Shown piece by piece: positions 35,593-49,575 of a DNA stretch of 64,000 nucleotides; the first letter of the stretch is position 1, and the number at the start of each line of letters is the position of its first letter. Both the position numbers and the translations under genes were made by a program. This stretch comes from Somniosus microcephalus. Taxonomy: Eukaryota. Below the pieces are notes generated by a model. The model was given only the letters and a program-made list of their open reading frames with translations, made no database searches and was not told the DNA's origin. The stretch is taken from assembly GCA_052327205.1 (NCBI GenBank), contig CM126204.1:43958001-44022000 (forward strand). The letters are read 5' to 3'.

Positions 35593-35930
35593 TAATGTAG
35601 TTCTAGTGTTTGACTTGCAATCCAGAGGTGTGAGTCCAAATCTCACTGACAAGCTGAGAAACTGAAGTCAATAAATCTGTGTATTTGTGGGCTGGCACTG
35701 GAGAAAAATGATGATGAAAGTTGATAGATTTTTATTTAAAAACCCAACTGGTTCACTAATGCCCTTCAAGGAAGGGAGCCTGCCAGCCCTACTTGTGATC
35801 CTGGTCTCGCAGTATATGATTGTATTTTAATGCCACTATGAACTGGCATAACAAACTACTCGGATGTAGAATCGGTGCTACCAAAAAGGTAATAAATGCT
35901 GCTTTGCCAGTGCCACATATCCCTAAAATA
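35593..35930 (+). mobile_element. Decayed tRNA-derived SINE, second family (as 41445-41800 and 59480-59945)
   Basis: aatccagag..tgagt.caaatc, aaaacccaactggttcactaatg.ccttc motifs. Confidence 0.55.
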
Positions 35931-36173
35931 AATACCCTATTAGTTCAGAAGCTGGCACTACCCGGTGTATTGTACCGCACTTGCTTGGCATTTGACATTT
36001 AAGAAAAATCACTTGTATGTAGAACAAAACTCTTGCACGAGTATGATTCAGTGTGCAAAAGGGCTGATTTTAACACTAACCTTAAAATGACACATTGATT
36101 TCAGGGCCAATTAATACACAATAGAATCAAAGCTGTTTGTTAAAGTAAAACATGTTTTCTATTCTTGCCCCAG

Positions 36174-36320
36174 ATACTCCGGACAAGTGCCAGTGTAAAA
36201 CAGGTGCTGAGTCTGATTCTCGCTTTTGGAAACTACATGAACGGTGGGAACAGAAGTCGAGGCCAGGCTGACGGCTTTGGTTTAGAGATCCTCCCCAAGC
36301 TCCGAGATGTCAAGAGCAGT
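36174..36320 (+). CDS. FMN2: Formin-2 FH2 exon containing the GNYMN motif: [49 protein letters not shown]
   Basis: ttgccccag / gtaagt; 147 bp, phase 0/0; FH2 hallmark [18 protein letters not shown]. Confidence 0.97.
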
Positions 36321-39300
36321 GTAAGTATCTGCTCGGTGCACGAATTGTGACGGCTTGGCTGCATCCAAACAAAGCTGCTCGCAGTGCTGAGCAGCGCAGT
36401 TTTATCTCTGGCGTTCAGCACGGTTTGAGGTTTGTATTGAGGTTTACAAAAGCATAAGCAGGATACCATCAGGAGGAAGAATAGAAATGTTTCTCACGCT
36501 GGTGTAAAATGGATAAATATCACCCTTGCTGTACAGTTTGTGAAATTTTTGCCTTTAAGTTGAATTTAACTTCAATAGTAATCTTACAGCTGTCTGCTAT
36601 TGCTGTAATTTAGTGTTGTGATCAAGCCAAGCTTAGACACACAGGCCATTTCTCTAGCTAAATTAGGGGAGCTTGCAGTGATCGACAGTTAACTGCAGAA
36701 AATGAGCTCCAGACAGCTCTTTGGTATAGACTATTCAGCTGTTATCAACCAAGGGTTTAAATGCAGTAATGTGGACATCTAGGTACCTTGAGCATTTATG
36801 CAATGTTTGTCGATGATGGCTCATGTCTGCTGGACATTAATGCAAGGCATTCATTAAAGTTATATTATCCGGCGTGTCTCGCAATGGTTATCTCCAGCAT
36901 TTGGGAGCATGGGTATTGGAAGTGATGCTTTCCATCCAGGCTCAAAAGGCTCACGTGGGTTCTACTCGATGTTGGCTCCTCACGCGAGCAGAAATATAGG
37001 GGGTCAGAGAGCAAGGGGGATGGCTGTCAGCACTGGCTTTGATGTGGTTACGGAAGAGGGGTCCATTTCGGAAGACCACACCCATGTAGCATCGTATAGG
37101 TCAAAGAGCACAAAAGGAAAAGTTACTTTGTGGCCTATGTAAGGCTATCCCTGTTGTGCTGCGTGCATATCAGAAAGAGGAAAAGTCTTTTAAATGCAAC
37201 CCTCCCCACAGGCAGTATACAGCAGAGTTAGCTTCACAGGCTACAGGATGGTTTTGTGGGCAAAAGTTTGCTACTGACTTCTTAGTACTGTGTGCAAAAC
37301 AAGTGTTACCTGTTGAAATGCAATTTGCATAATTTTGAGTAAATACCGATTGTTCAAGCACTAGTCAGAAATATTTCTGGAAAAATGCAAATGGTTTTTT
37401 TGAATCTTAAAAAGATAAATGAAGTGTTCGTTTTCTTAAGAGTTTGTAAGAGCTGTAGTTCCTAATCTTTGTGAAAATAAATACTGAACAAGATCAGTGT
37501 TTCATTTCATTCGGAGAGAATTTAAAATAGGTACTTTAGCTGAAAGAAGGGACTTTAACCATTGGAGTCTCTTCAGAAATAGAAACTGACATTGGGAAGA
37601 GAGGAAAGCTGTTGAATAAGGCTGATGACATACTTGGGATGTGGGTTGGAGAGGTTGCAGATCCCAACAGTGAAGGAAATAACCACATTTATCAAAAATA
37701 GCTTATTAAAAAGATTAATATGAGTTCATTTCCTTCAGTAGCATAGAACAGTCTCAATTTGTTTCCAATTACTGAATCTGTGGGCTATAAATTTTATTTT
37801 TTGGTTATTTTTAAAATATGCTGAATCACTTTACAGCAAGCTGGCTGACAGCAGCACAAGTGTGTACAAGTGTCTCGATTCATTAGCAGTGATGCGAATT
37901 TCTGACCGATTTTGGTCAGTGCCAAATCAACTTGAAGGCTCGCCATCAGTATTCCTTTTAAAAATCAGTTACAAAGAATTCTGATTAGTTTAGAAGGATG
38001 TTTTTAAAAAAAATAAAATAAAAAAAATGAAATGGCTTTCTGACCCATGAGCCTACTTCTTCCAACAGACCATATCCAATTGGCACAGTCGTTGATGATC
38101 TTCAACTTAACTTGCGGGAGATGAATAAACATCAATAAACGATATGAAATAAATCCTAAAACTTGCTGGTTCCCAACCTATCGTCAAAATGCACATTCAA
38201 CTCCAACCAGCATGGGGCAGGCTTGATGGACCAGCTGGTCTTTTCCTGCCCATCAATTTTGTATGTTCCATAGCTTACCTTTTAATTCCCAGCAGGACTG
38301 GACACATGGTTGTTTCCAAAGTATTCATTCATCTGAACCTTCAGTCTGAGCCTTAACTGGACACTTAAGCTCCTAAAAATGCAATTTCCAACATTGTATG
38401 AAAATTAATTCCCTAAATCTATTAATATATTTGTAGTTCCTAATTTTACTTTAGGTTTATCAACTTCGTACTTGCTTGCCCTTATGCTGTGACCACAGTT
38501 TAAATATTTGGTTGCCTGTACATTATTGATGTCTTTCAACATGCTCAAGGTCTGTTTGCTCAATCCTTACTAAATGATAACAAGTTCAGTTCTTTGAACT
38601 TGTTATCATAGCTTACAGCATGAGCCTTGAAATTAATTTTGAAATAATTATTTTGTTTTCTTTAAACAGTGAATCGCAATGATTTTAATTGAAGGTTTAG
38701 AGGAGTTTATAATCCATGACGGTGTGGGAGCTGAATTAACATGAATAGTTGAAATGACAACATCACTGAAGCACTACTGGGTTAACGACTCTCAATATTG
38801 ATCATTTCCCTCCTGCACACCATCAGTAACCCCGCCATGTCAGTCGTACAGTGCATGGATGTCACAAGCATTTAGAAATGTACAGAAAAAAAAAAAATCC
38901 AAGAATGCAGTCGTTTTTCAGAATTTCTTGTAACTTTTCTTCAAGGGAATGCTGACACTAACACCCTGTCCAGATAACTTGTTTCTAATCAATGTTCTCT
39001 GATCAGGGATTCACACTGTTACAGTAGAATCTGCTATAATGGAGGGGACTCTCAGCTGGACAATCCAGAGTTTCCAATTTTTTTTTGTCTTGTACATCTG
39101 GTACATCAATAGCCTAGGCACAAAAATGAAGAGACGTTTAAAATTAACAGCATAAGCGGAGTTAAATCTTTCTTGAGCGGTGAGGTTTAGTTATGTCATA
39201 CGGTTGATGCTAGTGGGCTGTCCAATGAGGCAGCATTCCTTTGTCCTGCAACAATACTGGTGAATAATCAACAGAGTGGATAATTGGACCACTGGTAATA

Positions 39301-39791
39301 GAGGTCATTCTACTATACTTTAAACAAGAGGAATGAAGATGGTATATATATGGTCATAGTGTGCTGCTAAATTATGTAATCTGTTAAATATGCAATGCTG
39401 ACAAAAATGATAGGTAATGCACTTAATTTTGAAAAACTGGTTATAGCAATCTGTATTGCTGAAAGAAACTGGTGTATCTAAACCTCTTTGAATTAATTGT
39501 TTTTGTTAGTCTAATGCTAAGGCTATCACTTGAAACTGTGCGAGGTCACCTCATCACTGGGTTGCACTGGAGTTGAAATTTGGTTCTAAAGCGAGACATC
39601 TTGGCCGAGCTTACCCTGGCAACCATTTTATGTGTTTTTGATTCATCTGAGGATTTTTGCAGGTTACAGGAGAGCAGTAGGAGTTGAGGCGGCCAGGATT
39701 TTTTTTTTCCGGATCATAGTCCCCTTTGCCAGCAAGATCAGCTGGTGCCACAGCAGCCGAAGAACCAGACGATCTGCCTGCTCGCACTGCG

Positions 39792-39827
<36 letters not shown>

Positions 39828-40421
39828 ATGCAGCATCTCATGGCATCGGACCTGACTGCAGACCTGAGGCAAGTGACCGAAACGTTGCCCTGAAGGATGA
39901 CCACATCCTGCTACCTACAGCAATGAGTAACACAGGCAGTTTGGGCTGGCCTCCATTAACACTGTCAACATTTGTCAGGTGTGCTGCCAGCTTAAAATCA
40001 ATACTAAGCCTGCCGATTTTTAAATGTGCTGCTCACCAGTGAAGGAGCGCATTTTAGACAGGCAATAAAGAATCATTTCAAAAAGAAGGCAGCTGCTTCA
40101 CTGAGGTCAGCACATATGGAGGCTGCTGACTGGAATACTGGAGGTGAGGGCACGGTGCATCTTTGATTGGATCTCTCGGGCCTGTAGCAGGTTCAGTGGG
40201 TGCCTGACGGAGCTCACAGCTATTGTACGGCCAACTGGTCTTGCTGGCATGTGTAATGAAGGTGAGTGCTGCTGGGGAGGACTGAGGTGGATGGGGAAGG
40301 ATCATGCAATAATTTGGGGCTATCACCAATTGCTGTATCTGCTGTGGGTGTCCCTTCCATTGTGGCAGGTAATCAAGGGTCCACTATACTGCTTTGTATC
40401 AATGACTTTTATCTCTTTCAG

Positions 40422-40481
40422 GATAACAGCATTAACCTCCTGTTCTACCTGGTTTCGTATTATTTGCGTAATTTTGACAAG
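40422..40481 (+). CDS. FMN2: Formin-2 FH2 exon: DNSINLLFYLVSYYLRNFDK
   Basis: ctctttcag / gtacgt; 60 bp; VSYYLRNFD as in FMN2. Confidence 0.93.
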
Positions 40482-40665
40482 GTACGTGTTTCATATTTCT
40501 GAATAATCTTAACATTATACATTTGTGGTAATTTTGTTAAGTATTTTTATGTATAAACTGTGAATTGTTTTAGTTTTGCTAAAATGTAATCATGCATGTA
40601 GTTGGTAGATTGAGGTGCATGGAAAATTTTCTTATGGTTGATAAATTCCAAATGTCTTGTCTCAG

Positions 40666-40786
40666 GATGCGGGTACAGAACAAAGTATCTTCCCTATGCC
40701 AGAGCCACAGGACCTATTTCAAGCTTCCCAGATGAAGTTTGAGGATTTTGAGAAGGATCTCCGTAAACTAAAGAAAGACTTGAAAG
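40666..40786 (+). CDS. FMN2: Formin-2 FH2 exon: [40 protein letters not shown]
   Basis: ttgtctcag / gtaaat; 121 bp; [17 protein letters not shown] matches recalled FMN2 better than FMN1. Confidence 0.95.
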
Positions 40787-41444
40787 GTAAATGGTTTTCT
40801 CTTTATTGTTGACTGTGAGCAGTGTGTGTTTTGTCCCATTTCATTGCACTGATAGGAGCTGCGAACAGAGGGATTGCCAAATCAACAAACTTGGCAGCTG
40901 CTATTTGCCCATTGTTGCACAGTTGGTCCTTTGTGAAAGTAAGCTTGGATTTTGTGTATTGTGTTTATATAAAAAAAAACTAAATCAATTTTGGCCCTGT
41001 AATTAGACAAGTGCCATTTGGTCATCAGGCAGATAATTTTTGTCTTCTGTTTGATACTTTTCACTGTCGTTGTAATTCCTCCATCACAATTGCTACAGTA
41101 TTTACACTTGTATTGATAACCAAGACTTAGTTGTCTTCAACTGTGCACACAGGAACATCAGAGGATAGGCATTCTGTTGGTACTATTTGGAGGGGGCAGC
41201 CTCTGTGGAATCTTCTGTATTGTACACACTGCTATTCCACAGGGAAATGGCAGTATGTACAATACAGAATTACTGTTGGTACCTTTGGTTAACCATACAG
41301 TGGGAGTAAATACCTGTTGTAATTTTCTTTGCACTGGTATTATTCAAAAGTAATTGTTGAATATCCATCTATAACTCTTCCAATCATTGCTTTACAGAAC
41401 ATTTTAGCAAATCATGTTGCTCATGTAAAAGTTTTCTTTTAATC

Positions 41445-41800
41445 ATTCACGGGATGTGGGCATGGCTGGCAAGGCCAGCATTTATTGCCCGTCCCTAATT
41501 GCCCCGAAGGTGGTGATGAGCCGCCGCCTTGACAACTGAGTGGCTTGCGAGGCCTTTTCAGAGGGCATTCAACCACATTGCTGTGGGTCTGGAGTCACAC
41601 ACAGGCCTGACTGGGTAAGGATGGCAGATTTCCTTCCCTAAAGGACATTCGTGAACCAGCTGGGTTTTTACGACAATCCGATAGTTAAATGGTCACTCTT
41701 ACTAGCTTTTTATTCCAGATTTATTTAACTCCAGCTGCCGTGGATTTGAACTCACGTCTCTGGATTACTAGTCCAGTAACATTACCACTATGCTACCGTT
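41445..41800 (-). mobile_element. tRNA-derived SINE, second family
   Basis: - strand head ggtagcatagtggtaatgttactggactagtaatccagag..tgagttcaaatcc; tail caataaatgctggccttgccagc...cacatccc. Confidence 0.75.
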
Positions 41801-44061
41801 CCCTTTGGCTGTTTGCATATTTTAATGGCCAGATTGTACGTGTTGAGCATGATTGCAGTTAGATACTGTAATATCCTGCAATCCAGACCAGCCGACTGGA
41901 TAACTATGCTGACTAAATAAACTATGCAAATTGAAGAGAGTGCTTAGTAAATAGTGATTTAAGCAAAATTTGGAATGCGCTCATTTGGTCAAACCTGCTG
42001 TTACATTTTGGGGGTTTTTATTCTAGATAGTTTCTAGTATTTGGCTACCATTGGAGAGGCCCTGCCGCCCGTTATACACCCTGCCTGATTTGAAGTCAAT
42101 GGAAAAGAAATGGGTGGGGTGTGTAATGGGTGGCCGATCCCATATGGCCCATTTTACACCCCCGCCAAAGTTGAAATTTCTGGCAACGGTCTATATTGTG
42201 GGACCATTTTCTGAGTCTAGTTGCATTTTAACCCCATATAACATGGCGCAGAGGCCAATGCCATGATGTGTCTCTGCACTGCAGCGAGGGTTTTTTCAAA
42301 GCATCATTTTCCAATTATACTGAAACATTTTTCATTTGTGCATTTTGGGTCTGTAGTAGTAAGTTTATTAAGCACAAATTCTCATCAATTGCAGTGACAT
42401 CAGTAACAAGTTAAGGTAAATGCATTTCAGGAATGTTTGACTGTTGCCTTTTTGGGAAAAAAAAACTAGTTTTGTAATTGCCGGGCCAAGGGGTAAGAGA
42501 AACCCTGGCAATTGAATGAAGGTTGTTGAGAAACTATATTTTTGCCTCCATTAGTTGGTTTGTAAAAGAAATATTAAATTTTGAATAAAAAAAAATAAAG
42601 GTTTAACATAAATAGGATATTCTTAAAAATGGGCCTACTTTAGCTTTCAAAATAATAATGGTAAAAGATTAAGGATGTGCTTGTTTCTCTTGTGCATGTA
42701 AAGAACATTTCTGACGCACAACAAAAATCCAAGGGGGTAATACTTGTAACATACCAAGAATGACTTGGGCCACAAATGGTTTCCTCTCTGAACTGGTACA
42801 AATTAAATATTTGAAAGCAATTAAAGATAAAATATACTATTGTCAGATTGGGCATTTATAATTGGCAGTTCATTGTTTTTAGGACTATTGTATTTGAAGT
42901 GGTACAAATATCATGTATACATCATCTGTGTTTCGAGAAGAGATTCCATTTAATTAGTTGCTGTGAACAATAGGTTTCAAGTCGACTGCTCTATTGCACA
43001 ATCCCACTAAAGTTTCTCTTGGGGATGAGGAGTGAGAATTTGGCAGACAGTAATGGACAAAGGAACAGAATTGCACGACTATGTATTGAGTTGAGCTCCC
43101 AGCAACTGTTTCACCTCCACATTTCATAGCTTTGTGGAAGCCCAATCTTGCCCTTCTTTGAGGCAAGTGACATGTAGTTTGTATAGCAACCTGATCTGCT
43201 TTTGATCTGCCACAGCTGTCAGCAGCCTTCCTCAAGGCAGTCATAGCAAGTGATGGCTTTTGCTCCGGCTCCATTCTACGCTGGAAATTCCAGCATTCAC
43301 CACATGACTTAAATCAACTCAACCTGCAGAGAGATGTTTTTAGATCACCAATCTTTGAAGAGAGCCAACAGGGCTTTTAGAAATTCAGTCTCTTACAACT
43401 TCTACAGCTTTGACCCTCCCCCAACACTTCTCTTCCAATCCCTATTCCAAAACAGAACTGAAAAATGCAAACAATAGAATTAAACTCTTCCAAAGATTAT
43501 TGTGTAATACATTCTATTGCACACATTGTTCAAATTCTAACTAACAATTTTGAGGAATGAATAATTTAATATACACTAGACTTGCTACAGCACAGCATTC
43601 TGATTGGTCAAACCCTACTTTCAGATATAATAAAGGACATCCTAAAGTGACAGATTCCTTCATTCAGTGCACGTTGTGCATCCACATTATGAAAAGCATG
43701 TGTCAACTTAATTGGGAGTATTTAAAGGCATGTTTATCAATAACTGCTTACCTTGTTCAAAGGCTGGGTAGTTTAAAGAATAATCTGAAGACTAAGCGAG
43801 ACAGTCGGTAGATATTCCCAATTGGTCCCTATTCCCCCTTTAATGATTGATAAGTTAAGTACTTACCAATTTGTGGGTACTACTCCCATTTCTAATATGT
43901 CCAATAGATATTAGCCAGGATATAACTGATTTTGCCACTTTACGTACCCTTGTATGATGTGGATCCCAGCCTGGTGTCAGGAAAGTCACTTCTAATTTGC
44001 ACTTCCCAGTTCACACTCTGCGCTGTTTAACAATTCTTCAATGTGATTGGTTAAGGAGCTA

Positions 44062-45892
44062 GGAACAACGAAGGCCCACAGAGATTTAGGGGTATATGTA
44101 CACCGATCACTAAAATGTTATCAGGTACAAAAAATAATTAAAAAGGCTAATGGAATGTTGGTCTTTATAACTAGAAGGCTAGAATATAAAGGGGAGGAAG
44201 TTTTGCTACCCCTGTAACTGTGAGTAAGTTCTATAGGCTTCATATCATATCCTCCATAAAACAGACTTGTTAATGTATGCTTTTGTAACATCGAAGTTGA
44301 GATTTTACCTCTAATTATGGGAAAGGGTTTTGAGCTCTGATGGTGTCAGGTAGAAAAATCAAGTGACTCTCTTCATTTTGGGTGCGGGTTTTTCTGACAT
44401 CTTGTGCTAGATCTGTTGCTTGAATTTGAGTTTCTGTGGTCATTTTGGGATATAACTTCCAGCAGAGCTTTTCCACCTTCGGATCTTGTGGCAAACAGTC
44501 TGAAGATAACATATCCCAAATCCTTAATGCAAACAAAACCCTCCACCTTTCTTATACTTCCTTACCCCTGTCAGGAAACGATCCCTGCCACCCCAACACC
44601 CCATGGCACGGTTTTCCATCCCCCGTCTTTGGGATCACTCGGTGCAGCCTTCTCCTTCCTCCCCACCCTGACCAAAAATTAGCTGTTAAGTCCTGATGTT
44701 TCACGCCTCCGGATTTCTAACAGGACAGGATTGCATTTTTTGACTTTCAGGGCTGGCCAGCTGGACTGTGAAAGGGTCTTTTCCGCTCAGCAAGACTAAA
44801 AAGAGTGAATGAACATTACTATTAAAGGAGTAAAATCAACAGGGCATTGACAAGTCTAATCACCAAAATTATATTTAAGTTGCATGCAGTATAATAAGTG
44901 AGTAGACCAGAGAAACTGGGGTGGTTCTCCTTGGAGCAGAGAAGGCTAAGAGGTGATTTGATAGGTGTGTTTAAAATCATGAAGGATTTAGATAGAGTAA
45001 ATAATGGGAAATAGCTTCCAATGGCTGAAGGGTTGATGACCAGAGGGCACAGATTTAAGGTGATTGGCAAAAGAACCAGGGCAAACATGAACAAAAGAAC
45101 CAGGACAGACATGAGCAAAAACTTTTTTACGCAATGAGTGGTTAGGATTTGGAATGCACTGCCTGATAGGTTGGTGGATACAGATACATTAGTAGCCTTC
45201 AAAAGGGAATTGGGTAAATACTTGAAGGAGAAAAAATTGTAGGGATATGGGGAAAGAGCGTGGGAGTGGGTCTAACTGGATTGCTCTTCGAAAGAACCAG
45301 CGCAGACTCGATGGGCCGAATGACCTGCTTCTGTGCTGTATTATTCTATGATTCAATACAAACCCCTGGTTAGACCACATCTGGAGTACTGTGTCCAGTT
45401 CTGGGCGCCACACCTTAGGAAGGATATATTGGCCTTGGAAGGGGTGCAGCACAGACTCACCAGAATGTTGCCAGGGCTCCAAGGGTTAGATTATGAGGAG
45501 AGATCACATAAACTAGGCTTGTATTCCCTGGAATAGAGAAGTTTACAGGGTGATTTGGTTAAGATTTTTAGTGTTTTGTAAGGAATTGATAGGGTAGTTG
45601 GATAGAAACTGTTTCTGATGGAGGGTGAGTCTAGGACAACAGGACATAACCTTAAAATCAGAGCCAGGCCATTCCGGAGAGAAGTTAGAAACACATCTTC
45701 ATTCAAAGGGTGGTAGAAACAGCTCACTTAATAATTTTAAATCTGAGATCGATAGATTTTTGCTAGACAGGGGTATAAAAGGATTATTGAACCAAGGGAG
45801 CTGGATGGAGATCAGAAACAGATCAGCCAGGGTCTCATTGAATGGCGGAACAGGCTCGAGGGGCTGATTGGTCTACTCCTGTTCCAATGTTC
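44062..45892 (+). mobile_element. CR1-like LINE (44062-44208 plus 45355-45892) interrupted by a 1.15-kb insert ending in a second CR1 tail (44900-45350)
   Basis: gaggaagttttgctac | atacaaacccctggttagaccacatctggagtactg rejoins CR1 ORF2 ([15 protein letters not shown]). Confidence 0.75.
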
Positions 45893-46559
45893 CACAGTTG
45901 CTTGCCCTGTTCGCACAGGTCCCAGATGCCCTGTTGAGGATGCTGCGCATTTTCGATCTTCTGCTTACAACAACTTGCCATGCAACAGCTCATGGAAATG
46001 AAATGGGCAAGGGCAAGTTTAACTAACGGCGGGTGCCGTTCGTTTGCTGGCTACAGTAAATTCTGGCCCAGTACGTATTTGCGTGTATTTCATCATTCTG
46101 CATGTGGGCTGGTGGAGGGCAAAAACTCCTGTGTTTCTGCTAGTCATCTTCAGAAACAGAAAAGTGTATCCAATATGCAGTCTGCATCATCTGAAAAGTT
46201 AGAAGCAAAACAAGGCTCCTGGTGCAGTTCTTGAGTTTAGTTCCTGGCACAGTGTGGCAGTTTCTCATTTCTCTATCTGAAGATGTGAATATTGCATGCT
46301 GAAAGTTTACTTGTCCTCGTGAAGCTAATACAGCACATCTGGTGGGAGTTGTAGTGCTGTTAACTGAAATGTTCTGCACCAGAACATAATGCTACTTAAA
46401 TGAACTCTATTTCTACCTCCCTCCCATAGAATACTGCAGTCTCATGGTCTTGCTCTATTGCACTTTCAGCTCTGCCGTTCTATCTTCAACCATACTGCTG
46501 AGTTCGCCAGTGTACGTCTGTCTCTCCATTTCTCTTTTGCTTTGGCTTTCGTGCTTCAT

Positions 46560-46780
46560 CCTTTTTCAGCTGCCTAGGCCCTAAGCTCTGGAATTCCCTC
46601 CCTAATCCTCTCCGCCTCTCTACCTCTCTCTCTCCTCCTTTAGGACCCTCCTTAAAACCTACCTCTTTGACCAAGTCATCTGTCCTAATATCGCCTTATG
46701 TGGCTTGATGTCAAATTTTGTTAATCTCTCCTGTGAAGTGCCTTGGGACATGTTACTATGTTAAAAGTGCTATATACATG
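46560..46780 (+). mobile_element. L2-like LINE 3' end
   Basis: ctaggccctaagctctggaattccctccct...ccttaaaacctacctctttgacc...gtgaagtgccttggg...gctatata. Confidence 0.7.
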
Positions 46781-47455
46781 AAGTGAGGTGTCCATGACTT
46801 TTTAGTTGGGTGTGGAGGTAAGGATGGAGGGGGGAGAGCGCAATGTATCACGCCTGCCCTAATAAATTTGCTAACGAACAGCATAGAACCTCTGACAATC
46901 GTTCTTGCGGCACCCATGGCTTAGATTATTCCCCTCAGTTGGGTTTATTGGACTTTATTGTAGAAGGGTATTGCAGTGCCTTTTTGCTTTGTGGTTAAAT
47001 ACTGGAAGGAGTTTGTAGAAAGAGATGCAGATGTTTGCAAAACCTAAATTTGAAGCCTCTATTGTTTCAATAAAGAACATGCTATTTCTGTGAAATTTTA
47101 ACCTCCGTCAAATTGGGTAATCTTAATTTTTTTTTTTTTTACTTTGACTCAGTCACTGCAGTTCCTGATTGGGACTAGTTCTCGGACATGCTTTGCTTAT
47201 GGTAATTTTGGTAAACTCTGCTTGCCACCTATTACCAACTTCAGACATCCTTCCGGGGATGAAGCCAAATTTGTGGCGAGCTGCATATATTTATATAATA
47301 ACATAGGAAGTAACATCACAGAAGGGATTAGAGCCATGACTTATCCCCCATGTTAAAGCTTATCTAGCCTGATATATAACAGGCTGGGGAATTACTGCTG
47401 CATATTACTGTATCAGACCTCTATGCTCGTGAATTGTCTTGGAAAATGGATCTTT

Positions 47456-48237
47456 AATGGCCCAGAAATTCGGGTCGGGGGCTTCCCGCGGGTGTAAGCC
47501 CCCCAACCTGCACTTAACCTTGCGCGCCGGCAGTTGAGTTGTAGGGCCCCGTGGGATTCTGCTCCGGGGCCTGGCCCAGCTGCCGGTGCACTGTGCTTGC
47601 GTGTCCCAGGGGCGTAGTCAGTGCGATGCGTCCCCTGGGATCACGTGACACGTGAGCCATGGGCAGCCAATCGGAGGAGGGAAAAGCCCATTCATAAGAT
47701 TGACAGGTAGACCTGTCAAAACTTATAAATACTACGGGCCCAAAATAGCAGTAAACCTTCAAAAAAATTTTTTTTTTTTTAAATCGCACTTTTTAAATAA
47801 ACTATAAATTACATTAAATAATTATTTTAAACAATAATTTAAATTTTTGAAAAAAATTATTTTATATTATAACGGGGCTAAAAATAAACTTACCTTGCTT
47901 TAAAGTTTTTAAAAATAATAAACCTGTGGAAAAAGTATTTTAATTCATTGACCACTTACCTTACCTTGCAAAAAGCAGGCCTTACGCCTGCTTTTTAAAT
48001 GTGTAAATCCTGCAGGCTTAACCTCGCGTGAAAACCTGCAAAAAAAAACTAAGTTCAAAGCGCACGCGCAGTCTCCCCTGCGCACGCGTTCGACCTCTGA
48101 ACCCCTTCGTTCAGAGGATCGGAAGTGCCAGTTTCCCGCGCATGCGCAGTGCATACAGGAAACCGGCAATTCCATTCGGCCTACGGGTGAGTACCCCGTG
48201 CGTACTCACCCGTGGAGAGCCGAATTTCTGGGCCATT
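47456..48237. mobile_element. About 780-bp non-autonomous DNA transposon (MITE) with perfect 18-bp inverted ends
   Basis: AATGGCCCAGAAATTCGG (47456-47473) and CCGAATTTCTGGGCCATT (48220-48237); CpG-rich arms, AT-rich core. Confidence 0.8.
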
Positions 48238-48529
48238 GTGATAAAACTTCAGCCGTACTAGTATCTGATTATATCAACTACTAGTAAATTGTTCTGTGCT
48301 CAACAAGTTCACAAAACTGGTCCAGGCTGTTGAAGGTCTCAGAAATTAGAAAAGATAGCTGACAAAAATAAAAGATTTTTTGTCACTATTTATTAAAAAA
48401 ACACATACCTTGAAAGCTGATGAAAACCATTATAAATGGGTTCAAGAGATGATTAGGTATGCATTTTTTAAAAAGGGATACATTCATATGGTGCGAAGGT
48501 GACGATCAATCAAAAAAGAATCCTGCCTT

Positions 48530-49575
48530 TGTCACCCGAGACTAGATTTACTCCAATGCTCTCCTGGTCAGGCTCACATCCTCCACCCATCTTAAACTTC
48601 AGTTCCTCCAAAACCTTCCCTGTAGCCTCTTCTGCACTGAGTGCTGCTTACGCAGTACCCCTGTCCTTGCTGACCAACATTGATTCTCAGTCCCCCAACA
48701 CATCAAATTTAAAATCTCATCCTCATGTTTAAATCCCTCCATGTCCTCATCCCTCCATATCTCTGTAACCTCTACCTGCCTTACAATTATCTTCCCCCCC
48801 CCCCCCCCCCCACCCCACCCCACCCCACCCCAAGATCTCTGTTCCTCAGATTCTGGCCTCTTGTGAATTCCCCCCTCCTTTCACCCCACTGTTGGTGGCT
48901 ATGCTTTCAGCCTACTAGGCCCTATGCTCTCAAATTCTTTCCCTAAATCATCTCTCTACCTTTTTTAAGACCCACCCCTTTAAAACCCACCTCTTTGACA
49001 TAACTTTTGGTCCCCCCTCCTCGCCTCTGCCTATTGGCTTGGCATCTCTTTTTCATTATACTTCAGTGAAGTACCTTGGGATATTTTTCAAACCTGCACC
49101 CAGTCCCACTCTGCCATCACACTTGTGCTTGCTGACCCAGCCCCAGTCCATTAACTCCTCAAATTTAAAATTCTCATCCTTGTTCATATCCCTCCATGAC
49201 CTCACCCCTCCCTATCTCTGTAACCTCCTACAGCCATACAGCCCTTCAGGAACACTGCATTCCTCCAACTCTAGCCTCTTGCACATCCCCAACTCTCTTT
49301 GTCCACCATTGGCTGCTGTGCATTCAGCCGTCTAGGCCCTAAGTTCTGGAATTCCCTCGCTGAATTCCTTTGCCTCTCTTCCGTTAAGAACCTCTTTTAA
49401 ACTTAAATCTTTGACCAAGTTTTTAGTCACCCCTCCCAATATCTCCTCCTTAAGCTTGGTGTCAATTTTTATCTGATTACGTTCCAGTGAAGTGCCTTGG
49501 GATGTTTTCGATGTTAAATGCGCTGTAGTAGTCAAAGGTGTAGTAGTTAAGATTGCTATGTAAATGCAAGTTGGG
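48530..49575 (+). mobile_element. Two head-to-tail L2-like LINE 3' fragments
   Basis: aaatttaaaat(t)ctcatcct...ccctccatg..ctca..cctcc.tatctctgtaacctc occurs twice, each followed by ctaggccct and gtgaagt.ccttggga. Confidence 0.7.
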
